Part shown: positions 1 to 9,362 of the stretch, in pieces
Numbering within the stretch: position 1 is the first letter of the stretch
Layout of the letters: every line of letters starts with the position of its first letter
Source: a virus
Direction: 5' to 3' (one strand)
IMG/VR virus record: IMGVR_UViG_3300037307_000721
DNA: 64,000 nucleotides
The notes under the pieces: generated by a model
Told to the model about the DNA's origin: nothing
The model's database searches: none
Seen by the model: the letters and a program-made list of their open reading frames with translations, nothing else
Position numbers and translations under genes: made by a program

Positions 1-411
1 CATCTTGGCGCCCTGCTCCTCGAGAGCCTTGGCGATGGAGAGCGCCTTCTCGGCGACCTCGCGGAACGCCGCGGCGGCCGCGCCCGCCTTCTCGATGTCG
101 ACGGCCTGGGGCTCGCCGGCGCCGGTGGTGTCCTTCTGCAGCTCCGTGACCAGAGCCCCGATCTGGGTCGTCATGCTCTCCAGAGCCGCCGCAGCCCTCT
201 CGAGCTCAGACGCCGTCTCGGGGGTGTGAAGCCCACCTTCGCCTTCGATGAGCTCCGGCCCCATGTTCTCGTTCGACATTGCGTCCTCCTTAAAGACGAT
301 GAACCTCCGCTTGTTAGCGGCTCTGTCGACTAGATCGACCTTGTAGGGTTCGATTTCACTCAGCCGTCGCTGCTTTCGACCGTCCGGCACTTTACGCGAG
401 TCAAACGGCAT
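1..411 (-). CDS. capsid scaffold-type protein, runs off window edge (partial)
   Basis: Open frame ATG411 to edge, missing from ORF track. MPFDSRKVPDGRKQRRLSEIEPYKVDLVDRAANKRRFIVFK resembles the 'V(S/D)LVDRAANKRRF' N-terminal motif of scaffold-type proteins that follow XkdF proteases; acidic Ala/Glu helical body follows. Confidence 0.7.
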   Translation of the reverse strand, partial: MPFDSRKVPDGRKQRRLSEIEPYKVDLVDRAANKRRFIVFKEDAMSNENMGPELIEGEGGLHTPETASELERAAAALESMTTQIGALVTELQKDTTGAGEPQAVDIEKAGAAAAAFREVAEKALSIAKALEEQGAKM

Positions 412-588
412 CGTCAACCACGGCCTCGTTCAGCGCAGTATAATAGAAGTGGAGGGACATTGCTAGGGTTTCTGATTACACCAATTGGCCGAGGCCGTCA
501 AGAACCTTCTGCGACTAATTCTACAGATGTCGCCGACGTCGGCTAAAGCGTCCTAAGTAGTGACGCACACTGAAGAATTACACGGAGC

Positions 589-3500
589 CTAGTCGAGGTT
601 GGCGGCGAGCGCGAAGCCCTCGATGCTCCAACCGGTGAGCCGGCCATCCTTGACAGCCTGCCAGAGCGCATCGTCCAGGACGCGCGCGGCCAGGAGCCAG
701 GTGCCCTTCTTGACGAAGTGCCCGTCGAGGTGCAAGTCCGTCGGGGCGATGTAGCTCTCCAGCACGCGGACCTTGTCCCGGGCGAGCGTGCGCTGGTGCA
801 TGAGCCCGAGACGCTGCGTCTCCTCCATGAAGTAGAACGCCGCCTTGCGCACCGATTCAGCGTCGTAGATGTCGCCCTGGCTGTCGAACTCGTCCGGGAC
901 GAGCACGACTCCGAGAACGTAGCGCTCGTCTTCCTGCTTCACGAGCTCGACCCGATGCGAGCACGCGCCGAACGACTTCGCCAGCGCGTCCGAGTACTCG
1001 TCTGCCGACTTCTTCAGCTCGCCTGAGCCGAGCATCTCGTGCACGTCCTTCAACGACGAAGGACCGCCGTCGGCCTTGTCGACGACGACGGGCGTGAAGC
1101 CACGTAGGCGCTTCTTCTCCGCGTTGGACTCGTCCCAGAGGATCTCGGTCACCTCGATTCGGATGACGTCGCCGACCTTGGCCGCGACCTTCGTGTTGAA
1201 CGTGCGGCCCGCCTTCACGTAGGTCTTCCCCGCGACCTCGACGGTCTCGGCCCAGGACCCTGCCTCCTTGCCCGACACGGGGCCAACCGCATAGAAGAAG
1301 TTGTGCACACCGGGCGAACCCTTGACCGGGTGCGCGTCCCAGATGATGCCGCGGATCTCGCGAATCATCTTGAGCTTGGCCCACGAGTCGGTCTCGCGCA
1401 GCGTGACCGTGCTCTGGCTGCTCTTGAACATGGCGCCCTCGGACCCAATGTACCGACGAGCCCATTCGATCGCCGAGCGCAGCTCCTCCTTGTTGCGGAC
1501 GAGCTTGTGCGGCACGTAGACGAGCCGTGTGAAGTCGTGCCCGCGCAGGAAGTCGCGAAGCAGCGCGTTGCGCTCCTCGAGAGGCTTCGCAACCACGTTG
1601 CCCTTCTTCGGGTGGTACAGGATGTCGAACACACGCACTCTGGCGCCCTTGTCCTCGGCCGGGGTCCGGCCGCGAAAGGTGGCCAGCTCGCGACGAGGTA
1701 CCGGGCCACCGCCCGGCTCGAGCGCCGTGAACTCGGCATCGAGGATGAATGGTCCGGGCAGCTTGTCGAGCTCCTCCTTCAATCCAGGGAGCTGGTCGAT
1801 CATGTTGGTGATCGGCGTCTTGCGATCCCAGATGTCCTCGGTGATCATCAGGTAGCGGCCGTCCTCGGTCTTCTGGATCGAGGAGCGGAAGCCGTTGAAC
1901 TTGGGCTCGACTAGGATGCCGCTCTTGAGCATCTCCGGCGTGGCGAAATCGGTGAACAGCCTATCGAGCTCGTTGGAACGGAACTCGTTCGACTCTCTGC
2001 TCGCCGTCTTCATCGGCTTGTAGATCGCGAAGGGGCGCAGCCGTTCGCGATCGTGAGTCTTGTCGTCGCCCGGCTTGATGGTCTTCGGATCCCACACCTG
2101 CACGTCGGCGATCTTCTTGCCCGAGGCCAAGGTGATGGTCTCGAGCTTCTCCGCCTTCTCGATGCCCGCGGGAAGCTCGTGCGTGTGACCCTCGGGCTTG
2201 TCGTGCGCGTGCCCACGCGCGGGCTTGACCTTGCGCCCGGAGATCTCGTGCGTGTGGTCGTCCGCCCGGCGCTCCGACCCCTCGCTGATGACGGTGTCGG
2301 TCGTCTTGCCATTGCCCTGCGCATCGACATGGAAATGGTGCGCATGTCGATGGCTTCGCCCGGCCTCACCCGTCATCGGGGCCGCCGCGCGCTGCACGGG
2401 CTCGCCCACGCCCTCGCTCTTCTCCCAGATCCAGATGGAACCCTCACCAGTCTCCTTCGTCTCGGCACGAAGCACGAGCAGGCCAGAGAGGCCCTTGGGC
2501 AAGTCCTTGCCCTTGAGCTTGAACTTCTTGAACGCCGGCCCGTCCTCGAGGAACTCGATCGAACCACGAGCCAGGACGGAGATGGACGACGGCGTGTCCT
2601 TGGTCGGATTGAGCTCGAGGCCGCCATAGGACTTGCCCGGCTCCACGTCGCCATCGAGCTTCAAGAGCTCGCCGGCGCCCGCGCCTGTCGCCATCCGATG
2701 CACACCGGAGACGCGCTGGCCCGAGCTCGGGTCCTCCAAGAGCTGGAAGTCCTCGACCTTACCTCCTCGGTCGATGAAGAGGTGGTAGAGCATCCGGCTC
2801 GGTGCGGCCCGGATGACCTGCTGGCCCTTCCAGCGCTGCCAGGACAACGTGAACGGCGCCGAGCTCACGCCCTCCGCTTTTTCTTGACAGGTGAGAGTCT
2901 CACCTGTATCGTGGATGGCGGTGGGCGGGCGAGGCATGTTGCTAGGGCTATGCCCTGTCGCCTCGGTCGGCTCGTAGAGGTAGTACTTCGTCACCACCCG
3001 GCGGAACTCGTGGTCGACCAGCTTCACGTTGCTCGGCGTGAAGAAGTGCTCGGCGACAAGGGCATCGCGAATCTGCTTGCGCTCCTTCTCGTCCTTGGCG
3101 TGCCAGTACTGGAACTCCTTGGGCACGACGGCCTTGAGCTTGGGTGGTAGGTAGGAATAGCCCTGGGGCGGGATGCGTCCGACCTCGACGGCGCGTGGCT
3201 TGAGCACCGAAGGCACCAGGTCCTTGGCGAACATGGCGACCCAGAAGGGCACGCCCTTGGGCATCTTGCGGCCGGCCTCGACCTCGGGGTCCGAGGGCTT
3301 GCCAGCCTCGGAGACCAGGAGCCGGAAGGTGAGCAGCCCGGAGAACTTGGGGTCCTTCTCGAGGAAGTACTCGTGGAAGTAGGGCGTCCGCTCGCCCCAG
3401 GTGACCCGCGGCTCGGCGAGGATCACCATGACGCCCGCCTCTTCGCGAGTCGCGCCCACGGTCCCGGGCTCGAAGGCTTCCTCTACGCCCAGCCATTGCT

Positions 3501-5982
3501 TGGGCTCGGGAGCCTTCGTGGCCGCGTAGACCCGGTTGGGCGCGTTGAAAGGCTTGTTCCAGGACGAGCCCTCGACGCTGAAGGTGGCACCGATCTTCTT
3601 GGCCTCGGGCAGGGTGTTCACGTCGGGGACCTTGCCGGCGACCTGCATGGCGAGCGTGTAGCCGATGAGATAGCCGTTGGCGGCGATGCGGAAATCGCCG
3701 TGCACGCTCTTGCCCCGGAAGTGCGCCTGCAGCACAGAGCGCATCGGCTTCTCGCTGTGCGGCGGCTTGAGGAACGGGTCCTCCTTGGCCATGAGCTCGG
3801 CGATCGGTTCGACAGGGAGGTCCGCCTCTCGCATCTCCACGATCGTCTGGTAGTCGTCGCGCCGGCGCACGACGAGGTCGTAGATGGGCACGTTGGCGGT
3901 GAAGGGACCGGCCAGGCCGCTCGCCACATCGTCATCGTCTTTGCCGATGACGCCGCCGTGGAAGGACATGCGCTGCGAGATCTCCTCCGGCATCATGCGG
4001 CCGATGCGAAACTTCACGATGTGGCTCGTGGCTGGATCGAGCGGGCCGCGAACGAGCATGTCGACGTCGTTCTTGGTCACACCGTTGTTGGCCGTCGAGC
4101 CCACGATGTAGACAAAGGGGCTGCGGAGCAGGAACTCCTTGTGAAAGTGCGGCAGGAGCTCCTTGAGCGTGAGCTCGGGGAACTCGCCGTCGCTGCCCGG
4201 ATGCACCGGGGCGTAGCGGTCGCTGGGCCCGGCCTTGTAGAGCGAGGCGAGCTGGGCCGGGTTCGGGATGGCGATGCCGCGACGCTTCAGCTCCTCCTCG
4301 ATGAAGACGATGCCGTTCTCCACGTCCTCGCGAGAGAGGCCGCCGCCCGCGGTCGTCTTGCCCTCGGCGAAGACCGTCTCGAGCAACTGCTTCGCCTGCG
4401 CGTAGAGAGCCAGCAGCACGCCATCGTCCATGCCCTTGAGCGCGTTGGGCGTGAGCCCGCGGAAGCTCATCCAGGGCTCCTCGTCCTCCGCGGGCGGGTC
4501 TTCGGCCTTCTTGAGTGCGGCGGGCAGCTCGATGACGGGACCGTAGCGACGCGAGAGGAGAGGCTTGGCGAGCTGCAGCGGCGGATCGTAGGCCGCCACG
4601 AGGTGCATCTTCATGTAGAAGACGGGGCCCTCGGTCGAGAACTCCTCCCGGGAGAACTTGTCGATGCCGGCGAGGACTTCCGCTGGCAGCTTGCTCATGT
4701 CCTCGTACTCGGCGCCCTCATTCAGGGTGATCACGCCCCAGACGTACTGGGCGCCCGCCTTGGTGGGCTGCACCTCGTTGAGCAAGAACTGGCGCTGGCC
4801 CACGCGGCCAGTGCGGCGCAGGCGAGAAAGGACGCCCGTCTCCTCGTCCGCCTTGAGTCGGCGCAGGTTGAACGCCGGGTCGGGCAGCTTCAGAGTCGGC
4901 AGTTTGCCCTTGGGCTGCTCGGCCATGGCCACCTCGACGAACGTCTCGTCCTCCCGAATGGGCTTGAGGCCCTGAGCATCCAAGATGTAGAGCGCATCGG
5001 GGGCGAGGCCGGACGGCGCCCAGTCCTTGCCGATCGTGGCGCCCTCCTGGCCGAAGCTCTCCTCGAGCTCGAGGAAGGCCTCCAGGTAGTCGATGGCGTC
5101 CTCGGTGAGAGCGAGCGCCCGGGTCTTCTCGGGCAACGAGCCGACCGTGCGATGCAGCTGCTCGAGCAGGCGCTCGGCCAGGATGAACGGGTTGCCCATG
5201 TTCACGGGCGCCGGCGCCGCGACGCCGAGCATGTCGGCGACCTCGCTGTAGGCGGCGGTCAGCATGGGCCCGATCTGCCCCAGGGCTTTGAGCAGGCGCT
5301 GGGCGTGGCCGACGGGCTCCATGAGCCTTTCGGCCTGCTCGCAGATGTCCGGCATGCGCTGGGCGAAGGCCTGCGCCAGGCCGAGCGCGCGCTGGACGGC
5401 AGCCTTCTGGGGCCGGGTCATGCCGGCGAGCTCTTCGGCCTTGGGCGAACGCTTGAAGCGCGGCTCGAGCACGAAGGTCTGTGCACCCTGCGGGGCTTCC
5501 CATGCCTTCGGCTTGTCGAAGGGCTCGAGCTCCTCGATGCGATAGGCATAGAGACGACGAGCCTTCGGCCACCACTTCTTGCGCTCCTCCTCGGTGATCT
5601 TGTGCTGCGAGCGGAGCCGACGGAATTCGGCGAGCGAGATGGGCTTGGGCTTGGCCAGCGACATCACGCCGTACACGAACTCCTTGTCGCCGAAGTAGAG
5701 CTTCTCGCCGACGACGTTGTAGACGCGCGCGTGCACGATGAGCTTCTTCGCTCCCTCCCACACGAGCTTGGCATGCGGCTCGACCAGGATACGAAGGCGC
5801 CTCGGCTTGTCGTCTGAGACCTGAGAAGTCGCCGCCAGGGGCACGTCGGCCGTCGTGATCTCGTCCTTGGCAATCTCCGCCTTGATGGCGGCCGTGCGCA
5901 CGAGCCGGGAAAGGCCTTGCAGGCCAGTCGCCAGCTGCTCCAGGCGCTTGCGAACGTCGTCTCTGCTGTTCCGTTCCATCAT
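589..5982 (-). CDS. 1797-aa polyvalent head protein: ASCH-like x2, pol-beta nucleotidyltransferase, LigD-type 3'-phosphoesterase, His-rich module, ATP-dependent ligase (adenylation+OB), XkdF prohead serine protease
   Basis: Motifs: IVGSTANNGVTKNDVD (NTase); VLQAHFRGKSVHGDFRI (LigD PE); EPKFNGFR / ILDAEF / VFDIL / EGAMFK / WAKLK (ligase motifs I, III, IIIa, IV, V); RYVLGVVLVPDEFDSQGD...GLMH...LTGWSIEG (XkdF/S78_2). Lies between portal and scaffold. Confidence 0.88.
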   Translation of the reverse strand: MMERNSRDDVRKRLEQLATGLQGLSRLVRTAAIKAEIAKDEITTADVPLAATSQVSDDKPRRLRILVEPHAKLVWEGAKKLIVHARVYNVVGEKLYFGDKEFVYGVMSLAKPKPISLAEFRRLRSQHKITEEERKKWWPKARRLYAYRIEELEPFDKPKAWEAPQGAQTFVLEPRFKRSPKAEELAGMTRPQKAAVQRALGLAQAFAQRMPDICEQAERLMEPVGHAQRLLKALGQIGPMLTAAYSEVADMLGVAAPAPVNMGNPFILAERLLEQLHRTVGSLPEKTRALALTEDAIDYLEAFLELEESFGQEGATIGKDWAPSGLAPDALYILDAQGLKPIREDETFVEVAMAEQPKGKLPTLKLPDPAFNLRRLKADEETGVLSRLRRTGRVGQRQFLLNEVQPTKAGAQYVWGVITLNEGAEYEDMSKLPAEVLAGIDKFSREEFSTEGPVFYMKMHLVAAYDPPLQLAKPLLSRRYGPVIELPAALKKAEDPPAEDEEPWMSFRGLTPNALKGMDDGVLLALYAQAKQLLETVFAEGKTTAGGGLSREDVENGIVFIEEELKRRGIAIPNPAQLASLYKAGPSDRYAPVHPGSDGEFPELTLKELLPHFHKEFLLRSPFVYIVGSTANNGVTKNDVDMLVRGPLDPATSHIVKFRIGRMMPEEISQRMSFHGGVIGKDDDDVASGLAGPFTANVPIYDLVVRRRDDYQTIVEMREADLPVEPIAELMAKEDPFLKPPHSEKPMRSVLQAHFRGKSVHGDFRIAANGYLIGYTLAMQVAGKVPDVNTLPEAKKIGATFSVEGSSWNKPFNAPNRVYAATKAPEPKQWLGVEEAFEPGTVGATREEAGVMVILAEPRVTWGERTPYFHEYFLEKDPKFSGLLTFRLLVSEAGKPSDPEVEAGRKMPKGVPFWVAMFAKDLVPSVLKPRAVEVGRIPPQGYSYLPPKLKAVVPKEFQYWHAKDEKERKQIRDALVAEHFFTPSNVKLVDHEFRRVVTKYYLYEPTEATGHSPSNMPRPPTAIHDTGETLTCQEKAEGVSSAPFTLSWQRWKGQQVIRAAPSRMLYHLFIDRGGKVEDFQLLEDPSSGQRVSGVHRMATGAGAGELLKLDGDVEPGKSYGGLELNPTKDTPSSISVLARGSIEFLEDGPAFKKFKLKGKDLPKGLSGLLVLRAETKETGEGSIWIWEKSEGVGEPVQRAAAPMTGEAGRSHRHAHHFHVDAQGNGKTTDTVISEGSERRADDHTHEISGRKVKPARGHAHDKPEGHTHELPAGIEKAEKLETITLASGKKIADVQVWDPKTIKPGDDKTHDRERLRPFAIYKPMKTASRESNEFRSNELDRLFTDFATPEMLKSGILVEPKFNGFRSSIQKTEDGRYLMITEDIWDRKTPITNMIDQLPGLKEELDKLPGPFILDAEFTALEPGGGPVPRRELATFRGRTPAEDKGARVRVFDILYHPKKGNVVAKPLEERNALLRDFLRGHDFTRLVYVPHKLVRNKEELRSAIEWARRYIGSEGAMFKSSQSTVTLRETDSWAKLKMIREIRGIIWDAHPVKGSPGVHNFFYAVGPVSGKEAGSWAETVEVAGKTYVKAGRTFNTKVAAKVGDVIRIEVTEILWDESNAEKKRLRGFTPVVVDKADGGPSSLKDVHEMLGSGELKKSADEYSDALAKSFGACSHRVELVKQEDERYVLGVVLVPDEFDSQGDIYDAESVRKAAFYFMEETQRLGLMHQRTLARDKVRVLESYIAPTDLHLDGHFVKKGTWLLAARVLDDALWQAVKDGRLTGWSIEGFALAANLD

Positions 5983-6040
5983 GAGCCCTTTTCGCAGGAT
6001 TGGCTTTCGGGGAAGAGGTGTCGCCGCATGACTCGTGCCG

Positions 6041-6481
6041 CTAGGTCGGGGTCCAGATGCGAGAGCCAGGCTTCGGTGGATCGAAGGCCTTGCCGTCGAG
6101 CTCGGCGCGAAGCGCGTGGCCCATCAGGTCGAGGGTCTGCTCGAGCGAGTAGCCGACGTCTCCACGTGCGTGCCTGATCCAGTTCTCGCAGATCTTGAAG
6201 CGGCGCTTGACCTCGCTGACGGTCGGCTTGGTGTAGCCGAACGGGTTGCGCCGGACGTCTTCGGCGAAGCTTCGCCAGATCACGCCCTCGAGCGTCTCGA
6301 AAACCCGGCGTAGGTCATCGTCGCTCTTGACCAGCGCGGCGAACGGCTTGCGGTCGAACTCGAGCTGCGGGACTCCGTCCTCGGCCAGCTTCTTGGTGAT
6401 CTCGACGCGCTCGTCCACCTTCTTCGCGCTCTCCACCTCACTCTCGACGAATTGCTCTACTGCTTCCTTTACCTCGCTCAT
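6041..6481 (-). CDS. hypothetical head-module protein (146 aa)
   Basis: ATG6481 overlaps portal stop (ATGA); C-terminal part of track ORF 6041..7366. Confidence 0.7.
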   Translation of the reverse strand: MSEVKEAVEQFVESEVESAKKVDERVEITKKLAEDGVPQLEFDRKPFAALVKSDDDLRRVFETLEGVIWRSFAEDVRRNPFGYTKPTVSEVKRRFKICENWIRHARGDVGYSLEQTLDLMGHALRAELDGKAFDPPKPGSRIWTPT

Positions 6482-8346
6482 TGAGCATCCTCCTCGGTCA
6501 GGCCGCCGCCGATGGCTTGCAACGGCGTGCCGGCCCGACGGATCTGGAGCGGCGCGGGCGCGGGCCCGCGGTTCATGTCCGCCTCGGGTGGCACGGACTC
6601 CTCCGGTTTCACCGGCACGGGGCTCGTGCCGATGCCAAGCTGATCTGGACTCGTCGCAGTGTGCAGCTGCGCCAGGATGTAGGGCAGCGGCTTGTTCGTC
6701 CACTCCTCTGCGAGGTCCTCGAACGTGCGGTTGAAGATGTCTGCGCAGAGCTCGCGCGCCTCGGAGATCATCAACACGCCGGCCTTGACCAGGTTGACGA
6801 CCATCTCGGCCATGGCCTCTGGGTCGCGCACGATCGGCGAGTTCGAGCGGAAGATCCAGAACGTGATGTCGAGCTCGGGGAAGAGCTCGCGGTTGATGAA
6901 CGAGTCGAAGTGCTCGCGCTCCGGCTCGAAGACCTGCTCCTCGGCGAACTTGAGCGCGGCGTAGGCCGTGGCGCGGTTCATCTGCTTGTCGTCGCCGCGC
7001 AAGATGCGTGGCAGGCGGAAGGCACGCGCCACCTTCTCCTCGTTGCGCACGTCGTAGTTCTGGAACAGCGCGTCCTGCAGCTGCGCGTCGCGCAGCGGTA
7101 CGAACATGACCTTGGGCACCGTGCGTGGCCCGACGTCCCCGGCGCCCTTCTGGCTCTCCGCCTCGAGGACCAGGATGCGGTGCACGCTCTTCTTGCCCTT
7201 GAGGTGCTCCTCGATGAACTCCTCGATCTTGGTGGCCACGCCCTTGCCGAGACGGCCACCGGATACGAGCAGCGCCAGTGGAGGCACGACGTTGTTCTTG
7301 AAGTAGTTGAGGTTGACCTCGTCGAGCTCGCGGCTGCCCATGACGCCGGGCAGGTTGGAGATCCACCGCGGCACACCGTAGGGCGTGTCCGGGGTGAAGA
7401 TCGCGAAGTGCGCGATCTCCGTCGCCGGCGCGACGCCGGGCTCTTTCGCCTCGAGGTCCTCGATGGACTCGTAGTACTTGCCGCTCTTCTGCGAGACCAC
7501 GCGCGGGTCGCCGAACTGCTTGAAGTAGACCGTCTTGCCGCGCGGCGCGAGCTTGACGTACCGGCGGAAGTGCTTGCGTACCTTGTAGCTCCGCCAGGTG
7601 ATGTCGGTGACCTTGGCCTTCTCCTCGACGACGATGGGCTCCTCGTCTTCCTTGAGGAGGCGCATGTTCATCGGGTTCGCGTAGTAGATGCGCGAGACCT
7701 CGCCGAGGGCGTTGCGCACGATCTCCCAGAAGGCATTGCCCAGGACTTCGTAGTCCTGGCGCGTGCGCCGTCGGAGCTCGATGAAGGAGAAGGTGGGACA
7801 GACGTAGGAGAAGAAGGCCTTGAGCCGCGAGTACTCGATGCGCGCGACGCGCCGGAGCTCCTCGATCTTGGCCCCCACCTCCTTCGGGTCCGGCGGCATG
7901 CCTGAGGCGGACGCCCCGCCCCGGTCGTGCGCGTCGAGCGCGTCCTCGTAAAGCATTGCGTCTGAGACGCGCTCGGGCGCCCCCTTGCCGGCGAGGTCGA
8001 TCGAGGGCACCAGATGGTGCCCAAACGAGTCGATGTTCGTCACGTAGGCGTCGATGTTGGGACGCAGGATGGTCGACTGCTCGTAGAGCGTGTACAACTT
8101 CTTGAAATCGTAGGGAGGAGCGAGCGCACCGCCTGGCAGGTTGCCCTCCTTCGACGCGAGGAAGTCGAGCAGCTCCGTTGTCCGGCGCTCGCCACTCCCC
8201 AGAATCTCGGCCTTGACGATGGGCGCCGGGGCCCCTCTCTTGCGAACCACTCTTCGGGTTTTAGTCGCCACCTGATAGTTCTCCCGCATTCTGGAAGGAA
8301 GTTCTGCGGCTATGATAGTTAGAGTGCTCTGGACAGTCAAACCCAT
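6478..8346 (-). CDS. phage portal protein (PBSX/HK97-like); start may be ATG8289
   Basis: LYEQS...IDAYVTNIDSFG, QDYEVLGNAFWEIVRN, GVPRWIS, NLNYFKNNVVPP motifs; head-module position. Confidence 0.92.
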   Translation of the reverse strand: MGLTVQSTLTIIAAELPSRMRENYQVATKTRRVVRKRGAPAPIVKAEILGSGERRTTELLDFLASKEGNLPGGALAPPYDFKKLYTLYEQSTILRPNIDAYVTNIDSFGHHLVPSIDLAGKGAPERVSDAMLYEDALDAHDRGGASASGMPPDPKEVGAKIEELRRVARIEYSRLKAFFSYVCPTFSFIELRRRTRQDYEVLGNAFWEIVRNALGEVSRIYYANPMNMRLLKEDEEPIVVEEKAKVTDITWRSYKVRKHFRRYVKLAPRGKTVYFKQFGDPRVVSQKSGKYYESIEDLEAKEPGVAPATEIAHFAIFTPDTPYGVPRWISNLPGVMGSRELDEVNLNYFKNNVVPPLALLVSGGRLGKGVATKIEEFIEEHLKGKKSVHRILVLEAESQKGAGDVGPRTVPKVMFVPLRDAQLQDALFQNYDVRNEEKVARAFRLPRILRGDDKQMNRATAYAALKFAEEQVFEPEREHFDSFINRELFPELDITFWIFRSNSPIVRDPEAMAEMVVNLVKAGVLMISEARELCADIFNRTFEDLAEEWTNKPLPYILAQLHTATSPDQLGIGTSPVPVKPEESVPPEADMNRGPAPAPLQIRRAGTPLQAIGGGLTEEDAQ

Positions 8347-8410
8347 TTCGTGGCAGCATGTGGACGTCTAAGTCGCAAGCTCGACTTGCCCAAACTGCGG
8401 AGGATCTTCC

Positions 8411-8887
8411 ATGACAACGATGCTTGCCCACGTCCACAAGCCGTGCGCCATCCGGCAGCAAATCAAGGCGGGCAGCCAGTTCGACGGTCTGGCGCCGGCG
8501 GACGGGGCCACCGCTCTGGACCCGGCAGCCAGCCTGGACTACTTCAACTTCGACCCGGGCACGCACGGGGGGCTCTTCGACCCCACGGCGAGCTACTACA
8601 GCTTCTACGAGCGGGACGCCTTGAACCTGCTCGGGATGGACTTCAAGAGCGGGGGCCAGTCAAGCTGGAGTCTCTCGCTCGTCGACAAGTTCGGCACCGA
8701 GTACGTCATCTGGAGTGGGACCACCGGGGACACGGTGCAGGGACCCTCGGCCGCGAGCGGACCCGTCATCCTCATCTGGGGGACCAAGCTGAAGTTCGTC
8801 ACCGTCGGTGCCTCAGCCGCCATGGTGTGCACCATCAAGCTCGGGCCGCAGGAGTGGTGCATCGAAGACTCAGACCGTGCCGTGTAG
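8411..8887 (+). CDS. hypothetical virion-module protein
   Basis: 158-aa ORF with GGAGGA RBS, divergent from portal. Confidence 0.6.
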   Translation: MTTMLAHVHKPCAIRQQIKAGSQFDGLAPADGATALDPAASLDYFNFDPGTHGGLFDPTASYYSFYERDALNLLGMDFKSGGQSSWSLSLVDKFGTEYVIWSGTTGDTVQGPSAASGPVILIWGTKLKFVTVGASAAMVCTIKLGPQEWCIEDSDRAV

Positions 8888-8963
8888 TGACGGAAAAGGC
8901 GTAGCGGGTCGGGCGCTTGTGACGTAGACTGCACGGAAGTACTTGAGTCGCTGGCCGAAATTC

Positions 8964-8992
8964 TTGGCAGCAAACGCTTTTTCGGGTATGCT
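8964..8992 (+). promoter_or_regulatory. sigma70-like promoter
   Basis: TTGGCA-17-TATGCT upstream of 9021. Confidence 0.45.
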
Positions 8993-9020
8993 GCCGGCTG
9001 GCGGCTGTTAGGAAGACGGG

Positions 9021-9323
9021 ATGATCCTTCAACCGGCGGCCGCCACTGGTGCGGGTATTTCAGCGAGGTTCCGATGGAACAAGCCGCTCGTCGGTGCGAA
9101 GGATGGCGTGAACCTCACGTTCCACACGCCCGAGCCGTTCCTGCAGGTCGAGGCGACGGCTATCCGTGTGCACCGGAACGGCGTGCTGCTGGAGATGGGC
9201 TCGGGCGCGGACTACACCATCGACGAGAGCGGTGGTCCAGGTACAGGCTGGGACACAATCGTGCTCGAGGCTTTCGCGCCTCGGAGCTGGGAAAAGCTGA
9301 CCGCGGACTACGTCGCGGCCTAG
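9021..9323 (+). CDS. small beta-rich virion structural protein
   Basis: G-x-DG-x-N-x-F...VHRNG...DY...AP...L-x-ADY pattern typical of structural modules in large phages. Confidence 0.6.
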   Translation: MILQPAAATGAGISARFRWNKPLVGAKDGVNLTFHTPEPFLQVEATAIRVHRNGVLLEMGSGADYTIDESGGPGTGWDTIVLEAFAPRSWEKLTADYVAA

Positions 9324-9362
9324 ATAGCTAACACGGCCCCGAGGCCGAGGGAGAGAACAGCA

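Noticed and set aside
3373-5817. 814-aa plus-strand ORF (also 9366-11342, 6481-7905, 46839-48785 and similar long track ORFs)
   Set aside because: These are antisense or off-frame shadows of motif-bearing genes, expected at this GC content, with no motifs of their own.
589-5982. CCA-adding enzyme call for the NTase domain
   Set aside because: Only a minimal GS...DxD core is visible, with no class II RRD/EDxxR motifs; the activity cannot be assigned.
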